The translations under genes were made by a program, and so were the position numbers. Source: a bacterium (GTDB lineage Bacteria; Cyanobacteriota; Vampirovibrionia; Gastranaerophilales; JBAXKC01). Taken from it: 64,000 nucleotides of DNA. The notes under the pieces are model-generated. The model was not told the origin of the DNA, did not search any database, and worked only from the letters and a program-made list of their open reading frames with translations. The stretch spans positions 1-64,000 of the forward strand of contig JBAXKC010000010.1 of the NCBI GenBank assembly GCA_037137535.1, in the 5' to 3' direction. This document shows positions 9,625 to 19,669 of the stretch, piece after piece (within the stretch, counting starts at the first letter, position 1; each line of letters opens with the position of its first letter).

Positions 9625-10282
9625 GAAACTTTTTAAAAAAATTCGTTATAAAAGATTTATAGATAACTTTCCGGATCTTCGATTCGGCTCAATTCTTGTT
9701 GCTTTATTTTGCACTATTTTTATTATTATGGCTACGTTTACACAAATTCCTTTAAATGAAACAATACAAATAAATTCATTTTCATTCACTTCACCTTTAA
9801 ATGCACTAATAGAATTAACAAAATTACATTCTTATATCCCTCAAATACCTGTAATTCTGTTTTTAGGTGCTTTGCTAGGCCCTAGAGTTGGTTTGATAAG
9901 TATTCTCAGCTATTTAGTCTGCGGATTATTAGGTTTTCCTATCTTTGCGTCAGGTGGCGGAATAACTTATTACAGCCAGCAAGGATTTGGATATATTCTC
10001 GGGTATTTTTTAGGAGTATTTATAGTTGGAAATCTTCTTACAAAGGAAATAACCAGTCTTAAAATAATAAGAGCGGCAATTATCGGCTCATTAGCAATTC
10101 ACCTTACAGGAATCATATATATTTCAGTTTTAATGACATTACAGCATTATTCTTTATATACGATATTTGGTTGGATAAGTTCATTAAGCGGTTCTCAACT
10201 ACCTTTTGATATAATTGTATCAATAGTTGCAATAAGTCTTGCAAGGCCGTTAAGGGCAATTTTATGGGTAGCACTTGATTAA
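9617..10282 (+). CDS. bioY: Biotin transporter BioY
   Basis: GALLGPR.G..YL..GLLGFPIFA.GGG..GFGYILGY membrane pattern. Confidence 0.85.
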   Translation: MYKKLFKKIRYKRFIDNFPDLRFGSILVALFCTIFIIMATFTQIPLNETIQINSFSFTSPLNALIELTKLHSYIPQIPVILFLGALLGPRVGLISILSYLVCGLLGFPIFASGGGITYYSQQGFGYILGYFLGVFIVGNLLTKEITSLKIIRAAIIGSLAIHLTGIIYISVLMTLQHYSLYTIFGWISSLSGSQLPFDIIVSIVAISLARPLRAILWVALD

Positions 10283-10593
10283 ATAACCCTATTAAAAGAA
10301 CGGGCAGCTTTAACCAGATTTTCATGATAAGAAATGCCTAAAATCTTATAAGCTGTTGCGATAAGGTTAAAAAGATCACTCCAATAATAAACCTCCTCAT
10401 CATTATCAACAAGCTTTTTCCCTATGAATAAATAATATTTATTAACACGTTTAAAACATTTCAATCCGAAATTAATTACTCTTGTTTCTTTCATCATTTC
10501 AAATTCAAGATTATTTTCGTCACAATATTGAATAAGAGGTTTAACAACGCAGTGATCTTGATATTTATTTCTAAGATTTTCTGCTAGTTCCAT
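10279..10593 (-). CDS. Hypothetical protein (104 aa)
   Basis: ORF with AGGGGG RBS; stop overlaps the bioY stop. Confidence 0.65.
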   Translation of the reverse strand: MELAENLRNKYQDHCVVKPLIQYCDENNLEFEMMKETRVINFGLKCFKRVNKYYLFIGKKLVDNDEEVYYWSDLFNLIATAYKILGISYHENLVKAARSFNRVI

Positions 10594-10864
10594 ATAAGCC
10601 CCCTGAAAATCATCATTAAATATCCATGATAAATAATTTTCATAGTTATTTACATCCTACTACGGGGGTAAAATGCAACTAACTCAATTCACTAATTAAC
10701 TCGAGTTGCTAATTTAGATCATCAAAAACCCGCCTACAGCCACCCATCAGTAGCAAAGAGGCTATGCATCTTTTGCATTTATATATATTTTTGATAATTT
10801 AAAACTTAATAATAATACGACTTTTGATTATTTGGCGACTAAAATTAACTAATAAACTTTTAGA

Positions 10865-13846
10865 TTAATTTAAAGATTTAAGTTGATCAATTGCTTCAAC
10901 GTAATTAACTTTTAACATTGAGGCCTGCTCAAAATTCGATCTTGCTGAATTAAAATCTTCATTAGCTTTATCAATTAATCCCATATAAAAATAATATTCG
11001 GCATTTTTAGCATCTAAAGCTTTTACATTTATTAAATAACTTCTGGCAATAAAGTAATTTTTCTTTTTTAGTTCAATCTTAGCTAACTCTAACCAGCAAG
11101 AAGTAGAGTATGGATTTGTCGATAATGCTTTTCTAAAATACGGAGATGCTAATTCACTTTGATTTGCAGAAACTTTTGCAACAGCAATGTAGTAATTAGC
11201 ATTAAAATTAAGCGGGTAATATTTTAATATTTCCTCATTATACTTGTATGCTAATTCTATATTTTGATTTTTAACAGCAATATCAGCTAATTTTTGAAGC
11301 ACTTCAATATTCTTAGGATTAATTTTTAATGCATTAAGATACATTTTCTCAGCGATCTGAGTTTTTTTATTCAATAATTCAATATTACCTACGCCAATAT
11401 AAGCCTTTTCATTTTTAGCATCATATTTTATTGCTTTATTATAAGAAATAAGAGCATTATCGAAATCATTCAATTTATAGCTTATATCTCCCGATAAAGA
11501 ATAGGCTTTAGAGTTTTTTGGAAATTTTTGTAATAATGACTTTAATTCATTTGAAGCTTTTGTATAATCACCATTTAAAGCATCATATTTGGCTAAATAA
11601 TATAATTTATCAGACATAGTTTCTTTTGCCAACTTACTTTTAACAAGAAACAATTCAGAAATAATAATATTATTAAGCAATTCATCACTAACGCTGTTAG
11701 CTAAATACGACAACTCATTTTTAGCCTCAACATATAATTCAAGTTGATTTAAACATCTTGCATGATCCAGTCTATATCTTTGATTTAAAGGATTAAGCTT
11801 AACTGCTTGATCAAAATAGATTTTTGCATTTTTATAATCTTTATTAATAAAATAGGCTTTTCCCATTAAATATGACAAATAATCATCTTCTGTAATATTT
11901 GTCTGCTGATTCAAATAATTCATCAAACTTTCTGAAGAATCTACAGACATATTTAATTTTGAAGTAGCTATTGCATAGATTTTTTCTTTTTCATTGTTAA
12001 CAGACATAGGGAAATTTGCTGCTTTTATATTTGAAATCTGATTTTTCCAAATTTCACTTTCATTTATATTTTTAAATTGTTTTTCTGCTAGCTTGAAAAA
12101 TCCTGCATTTGCCATCTTTTGAGCCAGCTGCACATTTGAAAAATCATCATTAAAATCTATAGCCCTTGATGCATCTTCAAAGTGATCTAAAGCGTTTTGC
12201 ATCTCACCTTTAGCTATAGCAAGATAAGCCATAGCCACAGATTCATTAACATCATCAGAAGATAAATTTATATCTGATACATTTGATGAATTTTCAGACT
12301 TCAAATTAACCTTTACTATTGCTGATGAATGTGGCTTAGAATCAACCAAATCAATTGTTTTTATAACAGTAGGCTGTTCTCCTTCAGATAAATCAACATT
12401 TTCAGGATTTGATTTTATATAGAAGTTTAAAACAGTCACTTTTAGCTTTGAAAGATTTGATATTAAAGGGAGAACCAAGTCAGACTTCGCCTCTAGTGAA
12501 TTAAGAGCGCTTTCTGCTAACTCAATATGCAACGGGCTAAAGGTACTATCAATAAAACTGGCATCAAGATTAACCCATTTATTGGCAATATATGCCTTTG
12601 TCCACATATGATAAGCAAAAGAACTTTCAGGGGTATTTGTATAAAAAAGGCCAACGGCAACTTTTGAAGGAATACCTACCGCTCTTAGCATAGAAGCCAA
12701 TAAAACTGAATGTTCGGTGCAATCGCCCTGTTTACTCTTAAATACTTCCGAAGAGCCTGAAAATGCAGTTGAATAATCTTTATTTGTAATATAAGCATTC
12801 ACCCATTTTTCAAGTTTTTTAGCCGAAACATACGGATTTGTTTCACCTGCTATTACTTGAGCTGCTGTTTTCTTCATTGTTTCATCAAAAGATATCACAT
12901 CTCCTGATTTTAAAAATTCGCTAATTTCTTCTTTATTTATAGGAGGAAGTGTACTATTATCAACAGCTTCATCTTTTATCTTCACAAATAAAGTATTATC
13001 AATATTTTCAATAATTGACTGCCTGTCATCTTCAGGAAATTTTGATTTAAGTGAATCATCAGCAAAATCAATTTTATAATTCACTTGCTGAAGATTATTA
13101 GTTTGTTCAAATTTTTCATTTGATGAAATCAAAGTAGCCTTTATAATATCAAGATTATTATTTTGCACTGGCTCAGAACTATTTTCAGCAACTAACTCCA
13201 TGTCAAGAGCTGATGTTGTTGATTTAACAAGCTTTCCAATATTATCATGCGATTCATAAGAAACAATATCGGGCATTAAATCGTTGGTTACTTCATACTT
13301 ATTATCTTCTTGCTTAACAGAATTTATTTCAATAACTCTAAAACCTGTAGAAGTATCAATGGTATTATAAGTAAATTTATTTGTTTTTCCGATAAATAAA
13401 TCATTCACCGCTTTAGGAAAAAGTAACTTTTTATTGGGAGTTATTACCTCTTCAGTTTTATTGCCGTTAATATCTTTTAAAAGTTTAATATCGCAGTTTG
13501 GCTGAAAAGTGCCTTCTAATTTAACATTTTCACCTGTAGTATTATTTCTAGCGGTAAAATTCAGAGGATTACCCTTGTCATCTTCGATAAAAACGGTTTC
13601 CTGCTTAGCAAATACAGAATTACCAAGCCTGCTGATACTAATATCGTAGTTTCTTTTTGTTGTGTATGTTTTTGCAAGAGTATCAAAAGTTTGAACTTCA
13701 CACATTTTACCAATGTTTGCCCCTAAAACTTTAGAGTTGTAACACTGGTTGTAAATATTAATATTTTCAGCCTTAGCGCTGCCATCACAGCTAATCATTA
13801 CTGCCAACGCCAATACACCTATAAACTTTTTATTTATTAATTTCAT
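10865..13846 (-). CDS. Exported transglutaminase-like (Cys-His-Asp) domain protein with C-terminal TPR array
   Basis: N-terminal signal peptide; GDCTEHS, YHMW and NLDAS triad motifs; many TPR repeats in the C-terminal half. Confidence 0.85.
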   Translation of the reverse strand: MKLINKKFIGVLALAVMISCDGSAKAENINIYNQCYNSKVLGANIGKMCEVQTFDTLAKTYTTKRNYDISISRLGNSVFAKQETVFIEDDKGNPLNFTARNNTTGENVKLEGTFQPNCDIKLLKDINGNKTEEVITPNKKLLFPKAVNDLFIGKTNKFTYNTIDTSTGFRVIEINSVKQEDNKYEVTNDLMPDIVSYESHDNIGKLVKSTTSALDMELVAENSSEPVQNNNLDIIKATLISSNEKFEQTNNLQQVNYKIDFADDSLKSKFPEDDRQSIIENIDNTLFVKIKDEAVDNSTLPPINKEEISEFLKSGDVISFDETMKKTAAQVIAGETNPYVSAKKLEKWVNAYITNKDYSTAFSGSSEVFKSKQGDCTEHSVLLASMLRAVGIPSKVAVGLFYTNTPESSFAYHMWTKAYIANKWVNLDASFIDSTFSPLHIELAESALNSLEAKSDLVLPLISNLSKLKVTVLNFYIKSNPENVDLSEGEQPTVIKTIDLVDSKPHSSAIVKVNLKSENSSNVSDINLSSDDVNESVAMAYLAIAKGEMQNALDHFEDASRAIDFNDDFSNVQLAQKMANAGFFKLAEKQFKNINESEIWKNQISNIKAANFPMSVNNEKEKIYAIATSKLNMSVDSSESLMNYLNQQTNITEDDYLSYLMGKAYFINKDYKNAKIYFDQAVKLNPLNQRYRLDHARCLNQLELYVEAKNELSYLANSVSDELLNNIIISELFLVKSKLAKETMSDKLYYLAKYDALNGDYTKASNELKSLLQKFPKNSKAYSLSGDISYKLNDFDNALISYNKAIKYDAKNEKAYIGVGNIELLNKKTQIAEKMYLNALKINPKNIEVLQKLADIAVKNQNIELAYKYNEEILKYYPLNFNANYYIAVAKVSANQSELASPYFRKALSTNPYSTSCWLELAKIELKKKNYFIARSYLINVKALDAKNAEYYFYMGLIDKANEDFNSARSNFEQASMLKVNYVEAIDQLKSLN

Positions 13847-13886
13847 ACAATCATCGCTAATATTTTTTATTGCTTATTAAAAAATT

Positions 13887-16532
13887 TTAAATAATGTTTG
13901 AATCTTTTACAAGATAATATTTTTCAAAAAGCAAAATTACATTATTATTTTTGGCACTTCTTTCTTCTACAGGCAGATTATAGGCAATGTAAAGATCGTT
14001 TACAAGTGCTTGAGTTAATAAACTCATATCTTGATTTTCAACTTCTGTATCAGTTTCAGTAAGCATAATATTTATAATATCAAAAAGAGTTAAAGCAAAG
14101 AAGCTCTCAACTATATTAACATCAAAATGAGTGCCGGCATCACCTTTAATAATATTTAAAACTTTATTAAACGGCATTCTATCCCTGTAATGTCTTTTTG
14201 ACGTAATAGCATCAAAAACATCAGACACAGCAAGTATTCTTCCGCCTAAAGGAATATTTTCGCCTTCCAGACCTCTATGATAGCCTTTGCCATCCCATCT
14301 TTCATGGTGAGAGCAAGCAATTTCAGGAACTTCCTTAAATTTTTCATCAAAATACATTTTGCTTAAAAGTTCACCAGTAAGAGAAACGTGTTCCTGAATA
14401 TGTTTGTATTCTTCAGGAGTCAGTTTTCCTTCTTTCATTAGAACACTGTCACGAATACCGATTTTTCCAAAATCATGGAGAAGCGAAGCATGTTCTAAAA
14501 TATCAATCTGAGCTTTAGAAAGATTTAATTGTCTTGCAATAGCAAGAGTATAAAGAGTTACACGCTTAGAATGACCTGCTGTAATTTTATCTCGGGCATC
14601 AATTGAAGCGGCAAGAGTATTAATAAAACTGGTAAAGGAACATTTTAACTCTTCGTTCATTAATTGCTGTTTTTGGAACAATCTCGCATTTTCAAGCGCA
14701 ATACCTGCACTTGAACCGATTGCGATAATTAAATCTTCATCATCATCGCTAAAAGTTTGATTATTAAGTTTATTCAAAACTTGAAACACTCCAATAATCT
14801 CGTGATTCAGATTTCTCATAGGCATACAAAGAATAGTTTTAGTCTTATAACCTGTTTTCTTGTCTATCTCTTTGTTAAATCTAGGATCATCATAAGAATC
14901 AGTAATATTTATTGTTTCGCCTGTTGCGGCAACATGTCCTGCAAGTCCAATATTTGCTGGGAATCTGATTTCCTGACTACCCATTCCGAGGGCAACTTTA
15001 GACCATAACTCATTAGTTTCTTTATCAAGAAGAAAAACAGTGCATCTATCAGCATTTAATGCTTTTTTAGTTTCTAATGCGATAATTTCAAGTAATTTAT
15101 TAACATCTGTTTCAGCAGCAATTGATCTGCCTATTTTCAATAAAGATAAAAGCGGATCTCTTGTCGGACTTTCACCCTTTGTCAGATCACCAAGAAGTGA
15201 AATAGAATCTAATAATATTGTATTATCTGAAAAAATAGGCTCTTTTTTCGCAGCTTTATTTATTACACTTGCCCATTCATCTTCATCAATTTCAAAAAGC
15301 TTATCTTCAACTTTATTAATTATAATATTAAGATCATTTTCTCTGGCAATTCTTAATGCTTCTAACAAACTTGATACAGCCATTTGAGGGTCTTGACTGT
15401 CTTCATAGGTTAAGGCAAGCTCTAAATAAGTTCTAGCAATTTCATTTCTCATCGAACAATCAGCAAACAACTCAATTGCCTCATGAAAAAGTTCAATAGC
15501 TTCTCTGAATTTTTTCTGATGTCTGAGAATCATAGCTCTTATCTTTTTAATAAAAGCCAAACCTCTTGGAAGTGCATTTTTCTCAAATACAGGCTCAACT
15601 TCATTTTCTATGATCTGTAATGCCGATTGAGAATCGCCTTTTAAAAGAGATACATGAGCAAATGTACTTTTTGCAAAGGCAATAAGATAATCAGAATTAA
15701 CTTCCACTGCAAAATCAATAGATTTTCTGCAATAATATTCAGCTTCGTCTATATTATTCAACTGTAAAAATATTTTTGCTAATTCTTCATAAACTCTTGA
15801 AGAAGTAGAATAATCACCAATATTTTCTGTAATAACTAAAGCATTTTTAAGATGTTCAACCGCATCTTCATAATTTTCAATACTTGAAAGATACCTACCG
15901 AATAACAATTCTGTAATAGATAATTCTAAACTATTTCCAACAAGTCGTTTTATTTTTAATGATTTTTCAAGATATTTTGTAGCTATCTGATAATTATTAA
16001 TTCTGAGATAAAATACTGCAAAACTATCTAACACTTTTGCATACTCAAGAGAATCAGGCTTTAAATAATATAAAGCAGCTTTAAAATACTTTAACGCTTC
16101 ACTATAATGGATTTCATGATAATTTATAATGCCATAATAATGCAAAATTTTTGCTTCAGTTTCTACCTTATCCTGCTGACTTTCTAATATTGCCTTAGCA
16201 TCATTTAATAAGGTAAGAGAACGTATTAATCTTTCATTGCAATTTTTATAATGTATTAAAGCAAGCTCGGCAAGACACACAGCAATTTGGCTATAGTCTT
16301 TTTCTTCGAGGTAAAACTTTTGAGCTTCCTCAATAAACTTTATAGCTTTGTCATAATTTTTCCTAAACGACTCTACCAAACCAACTTCGAGCAAGGAACG
16401 AGCTTTTATAGCTTTGTCTTTCATAAAAGCAATTTCTTTTTCTAGTTTAATGGATTGGTCTATTGTCGTGATCGGCAAATAATCATCTAAAAATTTTTCA
16501 ATCGAATCAGCCATAGTGGAATAATTATACAT
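13887..16532 (-). CDS. TPR-GAF-HD-GYP cyclic-dinucleotide phosphodiesterase-like protein
   Basis: N-terminal TPRs, GAF domain (ADRCTVFL..FNKEIDKKTGYKTKTILCMP), HDFGKIG..HHERWDGKGYH..DVFDAITS. Confidence 0.9.
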   Translation of the reverse strand: MYNYSTMADSIEKFLDDYLPITTIDQSIKLEKEIAFMKDKAIKARSLLEVGLVESFRKNYDKAIKFIEEAQKFYLEEKDYSQIAVCLAELALIHYKNCNERLIRSLTLLNDAKAILESQQDKVETEAKILHYYGIINYHEIHYSEALKYFKAALYYLKPDSLEYAKVLDSFAVFYLRINNYQIATKYLEKSLKIKRLVGNSLELSITELLFGRYLSSIENYEDAVEHLKNALVITENIGDYSTSSRVYEELAKIFLQLNNIDEAEYYCRKSIDFAVEVNSDYLIAFAKSTFAHVSLLKGDSQSALQIIENEVEPVFEKNALPRGLAFIKKIRAMILRHQKKFREAIELFHEAIELFADCSMRNEIARTYLELALTYEDSQDPQMAVSSLLEALRIARENDLNIIINKVEDKLFEIDEDEWASVINKAAKKEPIFSDNTILLDSISLLGDLTKGESPTRDPLLSLLKIGRSIAAETDVNKLLEIIALETKKALNADRCTVFLLDKETNELWSKVALGMGSQEIRFPANIGLAGHVAATGETINITDSYDDPRFNKEIDKKTGYKTKTILCMPMRNLNHEIIGVFQVLNKLNNQTFSDDDEDLIIAIGSSAGIALENARLFQKQQLMNEELKCSFTSFINTLAASIDARDKITAGHSKRVTLYTLAIARQLNLSKAQIDILEHASLLHDFGKIGIRDSVLMKEGKLTPEEYKHIQEHVSLTGELLSKMYFDEKFKEVPEIACSHHERWDGKGYHRGLEGENIPLGGRILAVSDVFDAITSKRHYRDRMPFNKVLNIIKGDAGTHFDVNIVESFFALTLFDIINIMLTETDTEVENQDMSLLTQALVNDLYIAYNLPVEERSAKNNNVILLFEKYYLVKDSNII

Positions 16533-16620
16533 TATTTTTCAAAGAAACAAAATGATTTTATCAATCTTTTATGATAAAACTAAACTAAAGTATAAGGTTT
16601 TAAAATAATCAGGAGGATTT

Positions 16621-17346
16621 ATGTCCCATATTCACTTACCGGATGGAGTTTTACCTTTTTGGTTATGCCTTATCGGATATTTAATCCTTTTAATCTATTT
16701 AATCTTTTATTTTAATTACATAAAAAAAAGAGATTGCGGTAAAAAAATAGTCCTAGCTTCAATAATGTCGGCATTCATGCTAATAACTATGAGTATAGAG
16801 CTTTTTACTTACCATTTTAATTTATCTGCTCTTTCAGGCATTTTACTCGGGCCTGTATTTGCACCAATAGCAATATTAGCGGTCAATATAATACTTGCAG
16901 TCTTTAAGCATGGCGGTATCAGTACAATCGGACTAAATACCGTTGTCGTATCAACCGAAGCAATAGGTGCTTACTATATTTATCAGCTATTAAGTCGTTT
17001 TGTTAAAGTTAAATTTTCGCGAGCAATAATCTCAACATTTTTGGCTCTGATCTTATCAAGTTTTATTTCTATCCTTGTCATTTATACAGGAACTCATAAT
17101 GTAACAGCCTTTATTGACCATGACCATCATGAAGAATCAGTCACAAAAAATCATACCGATTCAGACAAACATAATGAACAAGACCACAACTTCAACATTA
17201 AAAAGTTTTTATTATTAATATTAGTTACAGGCGGAATAGGCTGGACACTTGAAAGCATTTTCACCGCTTTTATATTTGATTATATTAATAAAGTGAAACC
17301 GGAAGTTATAGCGTTATCAGAGGCTGAATTAAATGAAAATTGCTGA
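16621..17346 (+). CDS. cbiM: ECF Co/Ni transporter substrate component (CbiM/NikM-like) with His-rich loop
   Basis: N-terminal HIHLPDG, HGGISTIGLN, multiple TM segments. Confidence 0.8.
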   Translation: MSHIHLPDGVLPFWLCLIGYLILLIYLIFYFNYIKKRDCGKKIVLASIMSAFMLITMSIELFTYHFNLSALSGILLGPVFAPIAILAVNIILAVFKHGGISTIGLNTVVVSTEAIGAYYIYQLLSRFVKVKFSRAIISTFLALILSSFISILVIYTGTHNVTAFIDHDHHEESVTKNHTDSDKHNEQDHNFNIKKFLLLILVTGGIGWTLESIFTAFIFDYINKVKPEVIALSEAELNENC

Positions 17347-17962
17347 TATTGACTACTATTCAATCTATGGAAATACTCTCCTTCATAGAGCTAGTGCTTC
17401 ATTGAAAGCACTAGGGGTAATAACAATTATAGCGTTTTCCCTTATATCAAATAATTTAATAGCATTATCAGCTTTATTAATTTTACTTTACTGCTTTTTA
17501 TTTTCAATGAAGTTTGCAAAAATAAAATTACTATTAATTACGCTATATCCCTTAATGTTCTTAACTTTTTACTTTTTATCATTTGATAAAGTTTCAATTT
17601 TTTATATAGCTAAAATAATAATAAGATCATTAAATTGCTCAACAGTTTGTATTTTATTAGCCCTAACTACTCCTTACATAGAACTAATGAAAGCCGGAGA
17701 TAAAATAATCCCTTCTTTCCTTTTAAATTTTATGTTTCTTACATATAGAAGCTTTTTTATACTCTGGGGCTTGCTGGAACAATTAAAAACCGCTATTCAT
17801 ATCAGGGGACAACTAAGCATTAAAAGACCTTTATATTCACTAAAAACAATTGCTCGCCTTGTTGGTTTTATAATAATTAAAGCAATAGAAAAAAGCGAAA
17901 TAATGTATGACTGCATGAAAGTCAGAGGATACAGCGACAAGTTAAAATATTTACAGGATTAA
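17333..17962 (+). CDS. cbiQ: ECF transporter transmembrane component (CbiQ/EcfT-like)
   Basis: Hydrophobic, LTYR and two xRG motifs; overlaps cbiM. Confidence 0.8.
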   Translation: MKIADIDYYSIYGNTLLHRASASLKALGVITIIAFSLISNNLIALSALLILLYCFLFSMKFAKIKLLLITLYPLMFLTFYFLSFDKVSIFYIAKIIIRSLNCSTVCILLALTTPYIELMKAGDKIIPSFLLNFMFLTYRSFFILWGLLEQLKTAIHIRGQLSIKRPLYSLKTIARLVGFIIIKAIEKSEIMYDCMKVRGYSDKLKYLQD

Positions 17963-17965
17963 AAA

Positions 17966-18808
17966 ATGGAAAAGATAATAGAAATTAGTTGTTTAGAGCA
18001 TATTTACCCTGACAAAACAGTAATAGAATTATGTGGACTGGAATTCACCGTTGAAAAAGGTGAAAAAGTTGCACTTTTAGGACCTAACGGTGGTGGGAAA
18101 ACGACCTTAATAAAGCACATAACAGGGTTATTATCTTCAAAAACAGGAAATATTAAAGTATTTGGTGTTGATCCTTCAAAAGATTTCGGAAAAATAAGAC
18201 ATAAAATAGGTGTAGTCTTTCAAAATGCGGAAGAACAGCTTCTTGGCCCTACTGTTATTGATGACGTAATGTTTTCACCGCTTAATTATGGATATAATAA
18301 GCAAATAGCTAAAGATATGGCCGAAGCAATCCTTGACAGGCTAAATATATTTCACTTAAAAGACAAAGTAATTCATTATTTATCAGGCGGAGAAAAAAGA
18401 AAAGTTGCTTTAGCAGGAGCGTTAATAATGAATCCTGAACTGCTTATTTTAGATGAACCCTTTGCAGCTCTTGATTTAAAAGCTCAAAGAGAATTAATAA
18501 AGTTAATAAATTCTATTTCTGCAGAAAAAGGTCTAAGCGTTGTTGTATCAACACATGATGTTGAATTAGTATGCGAGTTTGCAGACACAATGTATTTAAT
18601 CTCTTCAAAAAACAAAATATCAAAAAAAGGCAAACCTACAGAAATATTTGCGTTAGACGATGAATTAAACCATTATAATCTTGAAAAACCGCCAATACTA
18701 AAACTATTCAGTGCATTAAAAAGTCAGGGTATTGATATTGGTACACCTTTAACCATTGAAGATGCAGCAGCAGTAATAGCTGATGTAATAAATTCAAAAA
18801 AACATTAA
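17966..18808 (+). CDS. cbiO: ECF transporter ATPase (CbiO-like)
   Basis: Walker A GPNGGGKT, LSGGEK signature, ILDEP. Confidence 0.88.
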   Translation: MEKIIEISCLEHIYPDKTVIELCGLEFTVEKGEKVALLGPNGGGKTTLIKHITGLLSSKTGNIKVFGVDPSKDFGKIRHKIGVVFQNAEEQLLGPTVIDDVMFSPLNYGYNKQIAKDMAEAILDRLNIFHLKDKVIHYLSGGEKRKVALAGALIMNPELLILDEPFAALDLKAQRELIKLINSISAEKGLSVVVSTHDVELVCEFADTMYLISSKNKISKKGKPTEIFALDDELNHYNLEKPPILKLFSALKSQGIDIGTPLTIEDAAAVIADVINSKKH

Positions 18809-19042
18809 CAACTAAAGCCATATTTCTGAAAATCAGAAAATACATAATTAATATCAAAAAACGAATGAAATTGATTATAAAACATAAGAAAACAATAAAA
18901 AATAGATTAAAATATTAAAAATTCATCTATTTTTTTAATATTTGAGTAATATTATCCTCAAGAGCAATTCAAAAGACTATCTCAATGATCTATACTGACA
19001 AGGTAGCCACATGTAGTAGTTAGTAGATAAGGGGATTAGTTA

Positions 19043-19150
19043 ATGGAAGTATTAGAATTACTTTTTATCATTGCATTAGCATCGGTTCTTTTCATAATCG
19101 CTCCTTCATTTATGGAAAAACACCCTGAACTAATGAAAAAACATACATAA
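19043..19150 (+). CDS. Unlisted 35-aa single-TM microprotein MEVLELLFIIALASVLFIIAPSFMEKHPELMKKHT
   Basis: AAGGGGA RBS, ATG 19043, TAA 19148-19150, own terminator downstream. Confidence 0.6.
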   Translation: MEVLELLFIIALASVLFIIAPSFMEKHPELMKKHT

Positions 19151-19177
19151 AGTCTTAATTTTAGTATTAATAAATTT

Positions 19178-19213
19178 AAAGAGCATCTGAAATACACCCA
19201 GATGCTCTTTTTT
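19178..19213 (+). terminator. Intrinsic terminator after the microprotein
   Basis: 12-bp stem AAAGAGCATCTG / CAGATGCTCTTT plus T-tract. Confidence 0.8.
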
Positions 19214-19243
19214 GCAATAAAAACATTGATATCGATAATCGAC

Positions 19244-19529
19244 TATACCAATCCAACATAATTTTTTATAATTAAATTTTAAAAGTGCGCTACCCGCGCA
19301 GTTTGCTTCTTTTCTCAAAAATCATTTTGTGTAAAGTAACTCAAAAAGTAAGAAAAGAAGCCAGTAACGGTTAGAACTGCATTGTTTTGTGTCCTTTTTT
19401 ATTCTTCAAAAAATAAAAAGGACATCGATGGATTCAAAATATGGAAATTTTCTTGTGGCGAAAGAATTTAGTCAGCATTGAATCAAATTTCACATGATGT
19501 TTTATCAATTATTTTATTGGATTGGTATA
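19244..19529 (+). mobile_element. MITE-like element, copy C (most intact, 286 bp)
   Basis: Perfect 13-bp terminal inverted repeat TATACCAATCCAA / TTGGATTGGTATA with TA at both ends; two internal hairpins. Confidence 0.85.
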
Positions 19530-19669
19530 AATTAATTTATTGGTTACTTATTATTTCTAATAATTTTAAATTATAAAATTAGAGTTTCGACTGTTTAAAA
19601 AAAATGAGCAAGAGTTATTATTATACTAAGAATAAAGGTTATTTAATTCTTGAAATATGGAGGTTTAAA

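Noticed and set aside
19130-19318. 62-aa minus-strand ORF
   Set aside because: It spans MITE copy C and a terminator; no RBS or recognisable motif.
6971-19529. CRISPR array or DGR explanation for the repeats
   Set aside because: Copies are dispersed and ~285 bp with no repeat-spacer periodicity; no cas or reverse transcriptase gene in the window.
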